From assembly GCA_040218735.1 (NCBI GenBank), contig JAVJQW010000043.1:256001-320000 (forward strand): a stretch of DNA of 64,000 nucleotides. The letters are read 5' to 3'. The notes beneath the pieces were generated by a model, which worked only from the letters and a program-made list of their open reading frames with translations, searched no databases and had not been told where the DNA came from. The stretch comes from Deltaproteobacteria bacterium (GTDB lineage: Bacteria > Myxococcota > Kuafuiibacteriia > Kuafuiibacteriales > Kuafuiibacteriaceae). Shown here in pieces: positions 36,211-45,940 of this stretch. Position 1 is the first letter of the stretch; each line of letters opens with the position of its first letter. The position numbers and the translations under genes are program-made.

Positions 36211-38244
36211 ATGCGTCGCACGCTGCTGGCCATCGCCGCCCTCGGTATCTTCATGGCGTCGGCGCCGGCCGAGGCCGCGAAGACCAAACGCATCCGCATC
36301 AAGACGGACCCGAAGGGCGCCGAGGTGCACCTCGACGACATCGCGAGCAAACCGATCGGCGTGACGCCGGTGCGCGTCGCGATCCCGTACGGCTACCACG
36401 AGCTGATCGTGATGCTCGACGGCTACGAGACGCAGCGGATCAAGCTCAACGTCGATCGCACCACCAAGGACATCGACCTGTCGTTGGTGCGGCTCGCGCG
36501 GCTGGAGATCTCGCCCGTCACGGGTGAGACGGCGGGGGCCGAGCTGAAGGTCGACGGTCGGCCCGTCGGCACGATCCCGTACAAGGGGTTCATGGTGCCC
36601 GGGCGGCACCAACTCACGATCGAGAAGGAAGGTTTTTCGACGTTCGCCGACTGGGTCGAGCTGAAGTCCGGCGAGGTCTTCGCGCTCTCCGTGAAGCTCG
36701 AGAAGGCGGCCGCGAACACGGGGACGTTGTTCGTCGCTGCGGACGTGGACGGCGCGACGGTGAAGATCGACGGTGTCGAGCGGGGCACCGCGCCGGTGAC
36801 GCTGCAGCTCCCGGTGGGGCCGGTGCTGGTCGAGGTGGTGAAGGCGGGGCTCCCGCCGTGGACGAACACGGTGCAGATCGCCCCGAACGCGAAGGCGATC
36901 GCGCGCGCGACGATACGTCCGAAGAGCGGACCGACCGGGACGCTGTTGGTGATCGCCTCGGTGCCGGGGACGAGTGTGATCGTCGACGGTGTGAAGACCG
37001 GGACGGCGCCGGTGACACTCGACACGATCACCCCGGGGACCCACGTCGTCGAGGGGTACAAGAAGGGGTACGACCGCGCACAGGACACCGTGAAGGTGAC
37101 GGCCGGTGAGCAGGCGGTCGTGAAGCTGGACCTGGAGATCGCGAAGGAGCGTTACGGCGCGCTCGCGGTGCGTTCGTCGGAGCCGGGCGCGATCGTCTAC
37201 GTCGACGGGAGCTCGCGCGGTCGTGCGCCGGTGGAGCTGTCGCAGACGAAGCTCGGCGAGCACGCGATCGTAGTGCGCAAGCGTGGGTTCCTCGACTTCA
37301 AGGCGTCGTGTGTCGTGAAGGAGCTGGAGCCGTGTCGCATCGTCGCGGACCTCGTGGCGCTCGCGAAGATTCGGGTGGTCGCGTCGCCGATGAAGGGGCG
37401 GTTGGCGATCGACGACAAGGACGTCGGCAAGATCCCGTACGAGGGCGAGGTCTCGGCGACGACGCACACGCTCCGCGTGGAGGCGAAGGACTACGAGCCG
37501 ATCGAGGACACGATCACGTTCGTGCGCTCGGACGAGGTTCAGGAGATCCGCTTCGACCTGAAGCCGTCCGAGACGAGCACGATGGCGATCGCGCAGCGCG
37601 AGGCGTCGGCGTACGCGCGGCGCAAGATCCAGTACGCGGGCGCGACGACCTACACGGGCGTCCCGCTCGGGCCGGGCATGAGCACGATCGACTTCGTCCT
37701 CGGCGCGCCGTACTTGCTCGAGGTCCAGGGCGGCACGGGCATCGTCGACGACCTCGCGGGGAGCGTAGGCCTGCGGTTCCTGGAGCGCGACACGTCCCTC
37801 GGCGTCGCGGAGGTCGTCTTCGGCGCGCACACCGGCAAGCGCCTGGTCGATGCGTTCTCGATCGGCGCCCGCGGCGAGCTGTTCACGGGCACGAACTTCT
37901 CGAACATCTTCGACCTCGGCCTGTCGGCCCAAGGCATGGTCACGCTGCACTTCGGCAGCGTCGGCGCCTTCACCGCGCTGATCGGCGCGGACGTCGTGCA
38001 CGACCGCTGGATGAAGGAACCCGGCGTCTCCCCGGACGGCGAAGTCGACGGCGACCAGACCACCGCGCGCCTCTTCACCGGCGGCCGCATCACCTACTAC
38101 TACTCCGACAGCTGGTCGCTCTTCGGCGCCGCCGACGTCACCCTCGCGGGGGAGGATCGGCTGCTGCTGCAGGAGGTGTTGTTCGGCGCGATCGACAAGG
38201 ACCCGCGGGTGTACGTGCACCTGGGCGCGACGTTGTCGTACTGA
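36211..38244 (+). CDS. Multi-PEGA domain secreted protein with probable C-terminal beta-barrel
   Basis: Signal peptide; about 6 PEGA repeats (P.GA.V.VDG...G..P...PG.H...K.GY); amphipathic strands ending VYVHLGATLSY. Confidence 0.85.
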   Translation: MRRTLLAIAALGIFMASAPAEAAKTKRIRIKTDPKGAEVHLDDIASKPIGVTPVRVAIPYGYHELIVMLDGYETQRIKLNVDRTTKDIDLSLVRLARLEISPVTGETAGAELKVDGRPVGTIPYKGFMVPGRHQLTIEKEGFSTFADWVELKSGEVFALSVKLEKAAANTGTLFVAADVDGATVKIDGVERGTAPVTLQLPVGPVLVEVVKAGLPPWTNTVQIAPNAKAIARATIRPKSGPTGTLLVIASVPGTSVIVDGVKTGTAPVTLDTITPGTHVVEGYKKGYDRAQDTVKVTAGEQAVVKLDLEIAKERYGALAVRSSEPGAIVYVDGSSRGRAPVELSQTKLGEHAIVVRKRGFLDFKASCVVKELEPCRIVADLVALAKIRVVASPMKGRLAIDDKDVGKIPYEGEVSATTHTLRVEAKDYEPIEDTITFVRSDEVQEIRFDLKPSETSTMAIAQREASAYARRKIQYAGATTYTGVPLGPGMSTIDFVLGAPYLLEVQGGTGIVDDLAGSVGLRFLERDTSLGVAEVVFGAHTGKRLVDAFSIGARGELFTGTNFSNIFDLGLSAQGMVTLHFGSVGAFTALIGADVVHDRWMKEPGVSPDGEVDGDQTTARLFTGGRITYYYSDSWSLFGAADVTLAGEDRLLLQEVLFGAIDKDPRVYVHLGATLSY

Positions 38245-38411
38245 GAGGCGTGCAGCCAGAATCTGGCGGTCCGAGTGAGCGCGGGGCTTCGTCCGGTGGA
38301 CTCGTCGATCGTCGACGCTCGTCGACGACGGACTGTATGAACAGGGAGACGGGGAGTCCGGGAGCTTCTGAATCGAGCCGCATCCTTGGACTTCCTTGTT
38401 GTAAGTCGAAC

Positions 38412-40307
38412 CTAGAAGAAGAACCGCACCTGAGCGTCTGCCGCCTCGTACCCCCTTCGCCGATCGTAAGTCCCGCGCAGCTCCACGTTCGTGGTCAGGT
38501 TCACCGCGGCCACTCCGCGAATCGTGAAGGGGGCGCCGTCGTCGCCGGGGGCGAAGTCCGGGTAGGGCTGGCCGAGGAGGGGGTAGCGGTAGGAGGCCTC
38601 GACGCCGAGGCGGATGGGATCGAACGGGGTGAGGAGCGCGCCGACGGAGGCGCCGAGGGCGACGCGGTAGTTCTTCTCGAAGGCCGGGCCGGCGCCGCCG
38701 CTGGCGTCGAGGAAGGCGTACAGGAGGAGCTTGTCGGTGGGTTCCGCCGAGAGCCCCGGGCCGCCGGCGAGCTCGTAGTAGAGGCACGACGAACCCACGC
38801 AGCCGTCCTGGTGGAGGCGCTCCACGCCCGTCGATAGCCGCCACGAGGGGCGGAAGACCCACGCGTCGTAGGGCGTGAGCGACACGATGCGCAGCAGGCG
38901 CACCATCTCGATCGCCGGCTCGAACCCGCGCGTCGGCTCCACCGGGACGCGCAGCTGCGTGCGGAGGAACTCGATCTGCGAGCCGCGTACGTAGCCGTTC
39001 GCGAGGCCGAACAGATCGTGCAGCGCGAAGCGCAGCTCCAGCGATACAAACGCGCTCGCGTCGGCGCCCGCGCCGAGCGCGAGGTGCGTGCTCTCGTGCG
39101 AAAGCTCCGGTGGGTCACCCTCCTCGATCTCGAGCGTGGCACGGGGCACGCGAAGACGGCCGCGTGTGATCAGGATCTGCTGCGCGATGTCCTTCGGCGC
39201 GTCCTCGTCCTCCGCCGACCGGTAGCGGTTCAGCGCCAGCGCCGCGTCGAGCACCAGCGCGTGCCGGTCCTTCGGGAGCTCCACGTCGACGGGATCCGCG
39301 CCCGATGCGATCGCCTCTGCCAGAACCACCTCGCGCGGGCTCAGCCGCCCGCGCATCGCCAACATCTCGACGTACCGCGAGTGCCGATACCGCCGCGTCG
39401 TCACCAACCCTGGCTCCTCGACCACGACCCGCAGCGTGTCGGCCGGGATGACGTAGGGCCCGAACTGCGAGGTCAGCTCCAGCGTCGGCCGCGCCGCTTC
39501 CAACAACGACAGCAGGTGATAGGAGCAATTTTCGTCGAAGTAGAAATAATCGAAACTCACCTGCCCCAGCTCCCACAGGTGCTCGACCAGCCGCTTGATC
39601 TCCGGCTCCGACAAACTCAGGTCGTACTCCCACAAGTCACGTTTTTCGAGGTCGGAGTACTCCTTCACCTTCATGTAGTACGGCATCGTCGAGTACATGC
39701 CGTAGAACCCACCCGCCAAACCCATCACCGTGTAGAACAACGGGTTGTTCGTGGTGGGGATCGCCGCGTAGTTCACCGTGTACGCGACGAGGTCCGTGGC
39801 CTGACCGGTGTCCGTTCGATTCAGACGAAGGAAGGTGTGCCCGAACATCGACGCGGGGTTGTTGAGGTACGCCGCCGCGAAGACCACCGTCGCGGACTTC
39901 GCGTTCAGACGTTCGCGCCACCACTCGAAACGCGCGCACGGCATGACCGGTAGCTGCGCGTCGTCGAACCCCAGCTCGGCGCGCAGCCAACGGTACCGCG
40001 CCCGGAATCGGCACTGCGGGTGTTGGACCTCCTTCGTCTCCTCGACCGGCGGCGCGAAGAACGCCGCGAGCGTCGCCCGAAGCTCCGCGTGCGGATCCGT
40101 CTTGCCCTCGTCCGCGAGGAAGAACCGCTCCGTGTCGGCGGTGCTCTCGAACCCATCCCCGATCCACCGCGGCTCGTAGTGCACGAGGCGGCGCCAGGTG
40201 AGTGAGTCCGCCAGGCCGCGCGCGGCGGCCTCGGCGATCAGGTTTTCGAGGTAGGGCGTGGCGGTCGAAGAGGCGACCGTCGACAGCGCCAGCAGCGCTG
40301 GGAGCAC
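38412..40307 (-). CDS. DUF4105 (Lnb N-terminal-like) domain protein with C-terminal outer-membrane barrel
   Basis: WRRLVHY, QCRFRARYRWL, NPASMFGHTFLR, RDLWEYDL, YFYFDENCS; terminal aromatic strand AQVRFFF. Confidence 0.85.
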   Translation of the reverse strand: MLPALLALSTVASSTATPYLENLIAEAAARGLADSLTWRRLVHYEPRWIGDGFESTADTERFFLADEGKTDPHAELRATLAAFFAPPVEETKEVQHPQCRFRARYRWLRAELGFDDAQLPVMPCARFEWWRERLNAKSATVVFAAAYLNNPASMFGHTFLRLNRTDTGQATDLVAYTVNYAAIPTTNNPLFYTVMGLAGGFYGMYSTMPYYMKVKEYSDLEKRDLWEYDLSLSEPEIKRLVEHLWELGQVSFDYFYFDENCSYHLLSLLEAARPTLELTSQFGPYVIPADTLRVVVEEPGLVTTRRYRHSRYVEMLAMRGRLSPREVVLAEAIASGADPVDVELPKDRHALVLDAALALNRYRSAEDEDAPKDIAQQILITRGRLRVPRATLEIEEGDPPELSHESTHLALGAGADASAFVSLELRFALHDLFGLANGYVRGSQIEFLRTQLRVPVEPTRGFEPAIEMVRLLRIVSLTPYDAWVFRPSWRLSTGVERLHQDGCVGSSCLYYELAGGPGLSAEPTDKLLLYAFLDASGGAGPAFEKNYRVALGASVGALLTPFDPIRLGVEASYRYPLLGQPYPDFAPGDDGAPFTIRGVAAVNLTTNVELRGTYDRRRGYEAADAQVRFFF

Positions 40308-40314
40308 GATGGCC

Positions 40315-40818
40315 TTACAGGTGGCAGGCGGCGGCGATCGAGTCGTGGCGGCTGAGCGAGACCTTCAGCATGTACAGCGCGTGCACCGGCGAGGTCTCCT
40401 GCTTCGGGAAGATCATCTCGAAGTTCTCCTGCGCGACGCTGGCGACCTCGGACTGGATGTCCTCGCTGCACGAGAACAGACCGGAGAGCGCCGCGAGGTA
40501 CTCACCGCCGCCCGCGGCGATGTCACTCTGCAGCTCGGCGTAGTTCGTCTCGAAGAACGCCTCCTGCTCCTTGTCGGCGAGCACGACGCCGCTGCGCACG
40601 CAGTTCGACGTGCCGGTCGTGATGCCGAAGGTCTGGCTGGCGAACGTGCCGTTCGTCGTGGCCGCGAAGACCTGCATGAAGCCGTCGGCGCCGATGATCA
40701 CGGAGCCGAGGCCGCAACCCGCCATGCCGTACGGAGCAGCGACCGCGTTGGCGCCGAATCCTGCGAGGGCAATGGCCGAGAGGGACAACAGAGCAACTTT
40801 CAGTTTCTTCATGATCAT
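40315..40818 (-). CDS. DUF3015 family secreted protein
   Basis: Signal peptide; YGMAGCGLGS..AATTNGT..QTFGITTGTSNC..DIAAGGGEYLAAL; AAAGGA SD. Confidence 0.88.
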   Translation of the reverse strand: MIMKKLKVALLSLSAIALAGFGANAVAAPYGMAGCGLGSVIIGADGFMQVFAATTNGTFASQTFGITTGTSNCVRSGVVLADKEQEAFFETNYAELQSDIAAGGGEYLAALSGLFSCSEDIQSEVASVAQENFEMIFPKQETSPVHALYMLKVSLSRHDSIAAACHL

Positions 40819-40844
40819 CGGTCCTTTCGCGCCAAGCTGTCCCA

Positions 40845-40860
40845 CGCAGCCGACTTGCCG
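40845..40860 (-). promoter_or_regulatory. Weak sigma54-like promoter upstream of DUF3015
   Basis: CGGCAAGTCGGCTGCG has GG-N10-GC spacing but an imperfect -12 box. Confidence 0.3.
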
Positions 40861-42735
40861 TCAATGTGACCGCAGGTCGACGGCGTCTACCCCCGGTGGG
40901 GGGGCGAAACCGAACACGCGGGCCAGGAAGTCGTGTTGCGCGTCGAGGCAGCGCCGCTTCGTCGACGCCTGCGTAAACCCGTGACCTTCGCCCGCGAACT
41001 TCTCATACGCACACGCGACACCACGCGCGCGCAGCGCATCGATCATGCGTTCGGACTGATTGGGCGGCACGATGACGTCCTCGTCGCCCTGGAAGAACAA
41101 GATGGGTGCTTGGATCTGACCAACGCGGTGAATCGGCGACCGCCCGCGGTACACCTCGAGGTGCGTATCGAGCGGCCCGATCAAACGGTCCATGTACCTC
41201 GCCTCGAATTTGTGCGTCTCCGCCGCGAGAAGCTCGAGGTCACTCACGCCGTAGTAACTCACGCCCGCGCGGAACACGTCGTGGAACGCGAGCGCGGCGA
41301 GCACCGTGAGGCCCCCCGCGCTGCCGCCGATGATCGCCATGCGATCGCCGTCCACGTAGCCGACGGTCGCGAGGTGCCTCGCCGCGTTGACGCAGTCCTC
41401 GACGTCGAAGTCGCCCCAACCACCGTCGAGCGCGCGTCGGAACGCGGTGCCGTAGCCGGTGCTCCCGCGGTAGTCGACCTTCGCGACCGCGAAGCCGCGG
41501 CTCGTCCAGTACTGCACGCCCGACAGATCCAACCGGGTGCCCGCGGACGACGTCGGGCCGCCGTGGCCGAGCACGATCAGCGGCGGACGCTCGTCGTCGG
41601 GCGCGACGACGTCGCGGTTTGCGGGCGGGTAGAAGAAGACAAACGAAGAACCGCCCCCGGACTCGTACTCGATGAGCTCGGGGGTCGACAGGTAACCGGC
41701 GTCGAGGTCGAGGCGTTGACCTTCGCGCAGCACCTTCACGCCGTCGGTCACGTCGACGATCGCGCTCGGCCGGTCGGGCGCACCGGCGGAGATCACGCAG
41801 CGCCGATCACTCGCCGCGACGGAGAAGATCTCGGAGTACGGTAGGTCCACCTCGTCCGCGCCGATGTGTGTGAGGCGCCACGTCCCGCGACGGCAGTAGG
41901 CCGCGAGGATCGTGCCGTCGGCGAGGTGCGCGTGGCAGCGGCCTCCGAACACCCACGCGGGGCGGGTGAGCTCGGCGTCGCTCGGGCCGATGCGTTCGTC
42001 GCCCCGGTACAGGTTCCAGAAGCCGGTCGCATCGCTGACGTAGTGCAGCGTCCCGTCGTGCGCCCAGCTCGGGTCGGCGTAGCTGACGTCGGGTGCGGTG
42101 CCGACGTCCTGGGTCGCGCCGCTCTCGAGATCGAGCACGTACAGCGACGTTGCGTCCCACGGCATGTTCGGGTGGTCCCAGGCGACGTACGCGAGCTTCG
42201 TCCCGTCGCGTGAGAGCGCGAGCCCTCCGAAGAAGTCGCGGCCCTCGACGAGGACCTCGGGCTCGGACGGCGCAGCGGCGTCGAACGCGACGATCGACGC
42301 GGGCGGCTCGCCCTCGGCGCGGTGGTCTTCACACACCGCGAAGACCCGCCCGTTCGCGAGCTGCAGATCCGCGTAGCGCCGCCCGTCGTCCGGCGTGAGC
42401 GCGACCGGTTCTTCACCGTCCGCGACGCGATACACGCGGCCGTCCGCGAAGTTCGAGAAGTACAACGTGCCGGCTGCCGCGCAGAACGCGCCGCCCCCGT
42501 AGGTGTGGACGCGGGTCCGCGCGTCGAAGGGCGCGGGCACGACGGACGCGCGATCGTCGCCACGCAACCGAACGATCGTCGAGCGCCCCTTCTCTTCGGC
42601 GCGCTTCTCCTCCCAGTAGACGTCGTCGCCGTCGACGACGACCTTCGGGAGTCGATCGAACGCCGCGTCGGCGAGGATGAGATCGGCCGTGATGGGTGAC
42701 GACCAGGTGCCGTAGGGGAGGACGGACTTCGACAA
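40861..42735 (-). CDS. S9 family peptidase (acylaminoacyl/dipeptidyl aminopeptidase)
   Basis: PYGTWSSPI, RTRVHTYGGG, WDHPNMPWD, HGGPT, YRGSTGYG, GGSAGG, DVIVPP, EGHGF. Start estimated at TTG 42735. Confidence 0.92.
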   Translation of the reverse strand: MSKSVLPYGTWSSPITADLILADAAFDRLPKVVVDGDDVYWEEKRAEEKGRSTIVRLRGDDRASVVPAPFDARTRVHTYGGGAFCAAAGTLYFSNFADGRVYRVADGEEPVALTPDDGRRYADLQLANGRVFAVCEDHRAEGEPPASIVAFDAAAPSEPEVLVEGRDFFGGLALSRDGTKLAYVAWDHPNMPWDATSLYVLDLESGATQDVGTAPDVSYADPSWAHDGTLHYVSDATGFWNLYRGDERIGPSDAELTRPAWVFGGRCHAHLADGTILAAYCRRGTWRLTHIGADEVDLPYSEIFSVAASDRRCVISAGAPDRPSAIVDVTDGVKVLREGQRLDLDAGYLSTPELIEYESGGGSSFVFFYPPANRDVVAPDDERPPLIVLGHGGPTSSAGTRLDLSGVQYWTSRGFAVAKVDYRGSTGYGTAFRRALDGGWGDFDVEDCVNAARHLATVGYVDGDRMAIIGGSAGGLTVLAALAFHDVFRAGVSYYGVSDLELLAAETHKFEARYMDRLIGPLDTHLEVYRGRSPIHRVGQIQAPILFFQGDEDVIVPPNQSERMIDALRARGVACAYEKFAGEGHGFTQASTKRRCLDAQHDFLARVFGFAPPPGVDAVDLRSH

Positions 42736-42790
42736 ACCGCTGCGCCATGTAACGAGCCCGGCCGCGTACGGCAATGCGAAGGGCAACGAG

Positions 42791-43372
42791 TCAGGTCTGC
42801 GGTGCGAAGAGGTCCGTATGTTCGAGCAGCGCCGACAGGGTTTCGAGTGCGTCGTCCACCGGAAGGATCGCTTCCGCGGCGAGACGCGGACGGAGCTCGC
42901 GGACCGTCGCGGCGAGCGCGTGGAAAGACTCGGCGAGCACCTCGAGATCCTCGGGGCGGGCGAAGGCGAGGACATCGTCCGACACCGCCTTGTCGAAGTC
43001 CTCCGCGGTCTTCGCCATTCGCGCGCGTAGGCGCTTGCTCGCGTCGAAGGCCTGACCGTCTTCGAGGTCCTCGATCCGATCCGCGAACGAACGAAGCGCT
43101 CCCCGCGCGCCGTCGAGGGCCATCCGGCTCCCGGCGAGCTGCGCCTGCGCGACGGACCGCGTCACACCCTTCAGCCCGGGACGGAGCGCGCCGAGCCCGA
43201 GCTGTCGACGCAGCCGTCCGAGTGCGTCGAGATCGAGGTCTTCGGGGAGGTCGCCCTGGGCGCGATGTCTCTCCACCGCACCCGACTCGCCGGTCTCGAT
43301 GCCGAGGCGGCGGACGTGTGCGTCGATCGCCCGCTGCTCCAGCGGGTTCTTGCCGACGCCGAGAGTCGCCAT
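42791..43372 (-). CDS. Hypothetical helical protein
   Basis: 193-aa ORF with GC3-rich codons filling the gap; TAGACT -10-like element 6 nt before the ATG. Confidence 0.6.
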   Translation of the reverse strand: MATLGVGKNPLEQRAIDAHVRRLGIETGESGAVERHRAQGDLPEDLDLDALGRLRRQLGLGALRPGLKGVTRSVAQAQLAGSRMALDGARGALRSFADRIEDLEDGQAFDASKRLRARMAKTAEDFDKAVSDDVLAFARPEDLEVLAESFHALAATVRELRPRLAAEAILPVDDALETLSALLEHTDLFAPQT

Positions 43373-43439
43373 CGATTCAGTCTACGTCCAACGGGCCGTC
43401 ATCGACCGCGCGGCGCGCGTCCGCTTGGGGACAAACGTG

Positions 43440-44213
43440 TCAGGCCAGCGCGTCGACGACGGCGTCGAACGTCTCCTGCGGGCGCTCGGCGTGGAGGAAG
43501 TGGCCGGCGTCGATCGACTTCACGTCGACGCCGTGTTGCGCGAAGCGGTCGACGTCCTTGTCGTTCACGTACGGCGAGCGGCGTCCGCGGATCACCCGGA
43601 CGTCGGCGCCGCCCTCGACGACCGGCCACAGGTCGAGGTGGCCCGAGCGGTGGTGGGCTTCGACGAGCGCGTCGCGATCGATGCGCCACGTGAAGCGACC
43701 GTCGTCGGTGCGCACGAGGTTCATCATCAACCAGCTCACGATGCCGCGATCGAGGCCGGCTTCGACGAGCGGCTTCTCGAACGTCGCGCGGTCCGGGCCC
43801 TCGGCCGGGAGCGCGGCGAGCTGCTCGGCGATACCGCCCGCGGGGAAGTGGGCCGTCGGGCCGGGCGCGATGTCGAGGAGGACGATCCGCTCGATGCGCT
43901 CGGGCGCGCGCGACTTCGCGGCGAGGGCGACGCGACCGCCGAGCGAGTGACCGACGATCGAGGCCTTCGTGATGTGGAGGTCGGTCATCAGGCGGAGGAC
44001 CGCGTCCGCCATCGTGTAGAGGTCGGCGTCCGTGGGGAGCGGCGGTGAGTCGCCGTGCCCGAGCTGATCCGGGAGCACGACCCTCAGCAGATCGTCGTGG
44101 GTGATGAGCCGACGGGCGAGCGTCGCGAGGTTGCGCCCGGAGCCGAGGAAGCCGTGCAGCACGACCAGCGGGTGGGTGCCGTGACCGACGATGTCGTGGG
44201 CGAGCACGGCCAT
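43440..44213 (-). CDS. Alpha/beta-fold esterase (YbfF/ABHD11-like)
   Basis: LHGFLGSGRN, DQLGHGDSP, GHSLGGR, LDIAP, GHFLHAERP. Start moved to ATG 44213 (GAGG-like context upstream absent; start approximate). Confidence 0.88.
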   Translation of the reverse strand: MAVLAHDIVGHGTHPLVVLHGFLGSGRNLATLARRLITHDDLLRVVLPDQLGHGDSPPLPTDADLYTMADAVLRLMTDLHITKASIVGHSLGGRVALAAKSRAPERIERIVLLDIAPGPTAHFPAGGIAEQLAALPAEGPDRATFEKPLVEAGLDRGIVSWLMMNLVRTDDGRFTWRIDRDALVEAHHRSGHLDLWPVVEGGADVRVIRGRRSPYVNDKDVDRFAQHGVDVKSIDAGHFLHAERPQETFDAVVDALA

Positions 44214-44359
44214 CGAGGTCCGACGTCCGCTGCGTCGCGTCAAGGTCGGGGGTGCTGCGTACAAGTGACTCGGCGGTCGCTTATCCGTCCTTTCCACCCC
44301 TGACCTTCACTCAAGTTTTGCTCCCGGATTCGAGGCCACCGTGGTACGGCCCACGGTCG

Positions 44360-45607
44360 ATGGTCACGCCGGATCAGCTCCCCCGCATCGTCATCACGGG
44401 CGTGGGTTTGACGGCACCGAACGGCAACGACCTGGAGTCCTTCCGCGCCGCGCTCCTGGAGCGTCGGTCAGGGGTCGTCCCGTTCGAGACGCGCCACATG
44501 GGCGCGGTGATCGCGGGGATCTGCGACTACGACGAGCGGAAGCACCAGTCGCGGAAAGCCCGCCGTCGCGGGACGCGTGCGGGGTCGATCGGGATCTACT
44601 GCGCGAACGAGGCGGTGCAGCGTTCGGGGCTCGACTGGGAGGGCTTCGACAAGTCCCGGGTCGGCGTCTACGTGGGCACGACCGAGCACGGCAACGTCGA
44701 GACGGAGAACGAGATCGCGAACATCCGCGAGTTCGACGACGACGTGAAGTACTGGTCGCACCACCACAACCCGCGGACCGTTGCGAACAACCCCGCGGGC
44801 GAGATCACGATCAGTATGGGGATCACCGGGCCGCACTACTGCCTCGGCGCCGCGTGCGCGGCGGGCAACGTCGGTCTCATCCAGGGCATGCAGATGCTCC
44901 AGCTCGGGATGGTCGACCTCGCGATCGCGGGCGGCGTCTCCGAGTCGGTCCACACGTTCGGGATCTTCGCGAGCTTCAAGGCCGAGGGGGCCCTCGGTTC
45001 CCACGACGATCCGACGAAGGCGTCGCGCCCGTTCGACAAGAACCGCAACGGCATCGTCGTGAGCGAGGGCGGGGCGTTGTACACGCTCGAGCGCCTCGAC
45101 GACGCGCTCGCGCGCAAGGCCCCGATCCTCGGCGAGGTGGTGGGTTACGCGATCAACTCGGACGCCAAGGACTTCGTCCTCCCGGACTCCGAGCGGCAGT
45201 CGCAGTGCATGGCGGCCGCGCTGAAGCAGGCGCGGCTCGAGCCGGACGTCATCGACATCGTGAACACCCACGCGACGTCGACGCCGCAGGGCGACGTGCA
45301 GGAGTGCCAGGCCGTGCACACCGTGTTCGGCGGGCGCCCCGGCGTCTTCGTGAACAACACCAAGAGCTACATCGGGCACACGATGGGGGCGGCGGGTGCG
45401 TTGGAGCTCGCGGGCAATCTGCCGGCGTTCACCGACCGGCTCGTGCACCCGACGATCAACGTCGACGATCTCGACCCCGACTGTGCGCTCAACAACCTGG
45501 TGACCGGCGACCCGGTCGAGCTGGAAGAGGTGAACTACATCTTCAACAGCTCGTTCGGGATGCTCGGCATCAACTCGTGCGTCATCGTGAAGCGATGGGC
45601 CGACTGA
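44360..45607 (+). CDS. fabF: Beta-ketoacyl-ACP synthase (FabF/FabB-type)
   Basis: RIVITGVG, catalytic GAACAAG, SRPFDKNRNG, NTHATST, KSYIGHTMGAAG, SSFGMLG (Cys-His-His triad intact). Confidence 0.92.
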   Translation: MVTPDQLPRIVITGVGLTAPNGNDLESFRAALLERRSGVVPFETRHMGAVIAGICDYDERKHQSRKARRRGTRAGSIGIYCANEAVQRSGLDWEGFDKSRVGVYVGTTEHGNVETENEIANIREFDDDVKYWSHHHNPRTVANNPAGEITISMGITGPHYCLGAACAAGNVGLIQGMQMLQLGMVDLAIAGGVSESVHTFGIFASFKAEGALGSHDDPTKASRPFDKNRNGIVVSEGGALYTLERLDDALARKAPILGEVVGYAINSDAKDFVLPDSERQSQCMAAALKQARLEPDVIDIVNTHATSTPQGDVQECQAVHTVFGGRPGVFVNNTKSYIGHTMGAAGALELAGNLPAFTDRLVHPTINVDDLDPDCALNNLVTGDPVELEEVNYIFNSSFGMLGINSCVIVKRWAD

Positions 45608-45632
45608 AACTTTCAGCGAGAAGAGGCGGACT

Positions 45633-45905
45633 GTGACGAACAACGAAGTGCGACAGCTGATCCTGGACATCATCCACGACATCGCGCCCGACGAGGATCT
45701 CTCGGACGTGAAGCCGGACGTGCGCCTGCGCGACCAGCTCGATCTGGATTCGATGGACTTCCTCGACATCGTGATGGAGCTGCGCAAGCGCCACCAGATC
45801 GAGGTCCCGGAAGAGGACTACATGGAGCTGTCGACCCTCGACGGCTGTGTGAACTACCTGTCGCCGAAGTTCGCCGAGAAGGCCGGGGCCGAGCAGCGCG
45901 CCTGA
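45633..45905 (+). CDS. acpP: Acyl carrier protein
   Basis: Acidic 90-aa protein with LDLDSMDFLDIVMEL phosphopantetheine site. Confidence 0.93.
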   Translation: MTNNEVRQLILDIIHDIAPDEDLSDVKPDVRLRDQLDLDSMDFLDIVMELRKRHQIEVPEEDYMELSTLDGCVNYLSPKFAEKAGAEQRA

Positions 45906-45940
45906 GCCTCCGTCACGTCCGCCGCGCGGACGTTCGAGCC

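Noticed and set aside
38138-38383. 81-aa minus-strand ORF starting in the spacer
   Set aside because: Overlaps the PEGA gene's 3' end, low-complexity product, no recognisable features.
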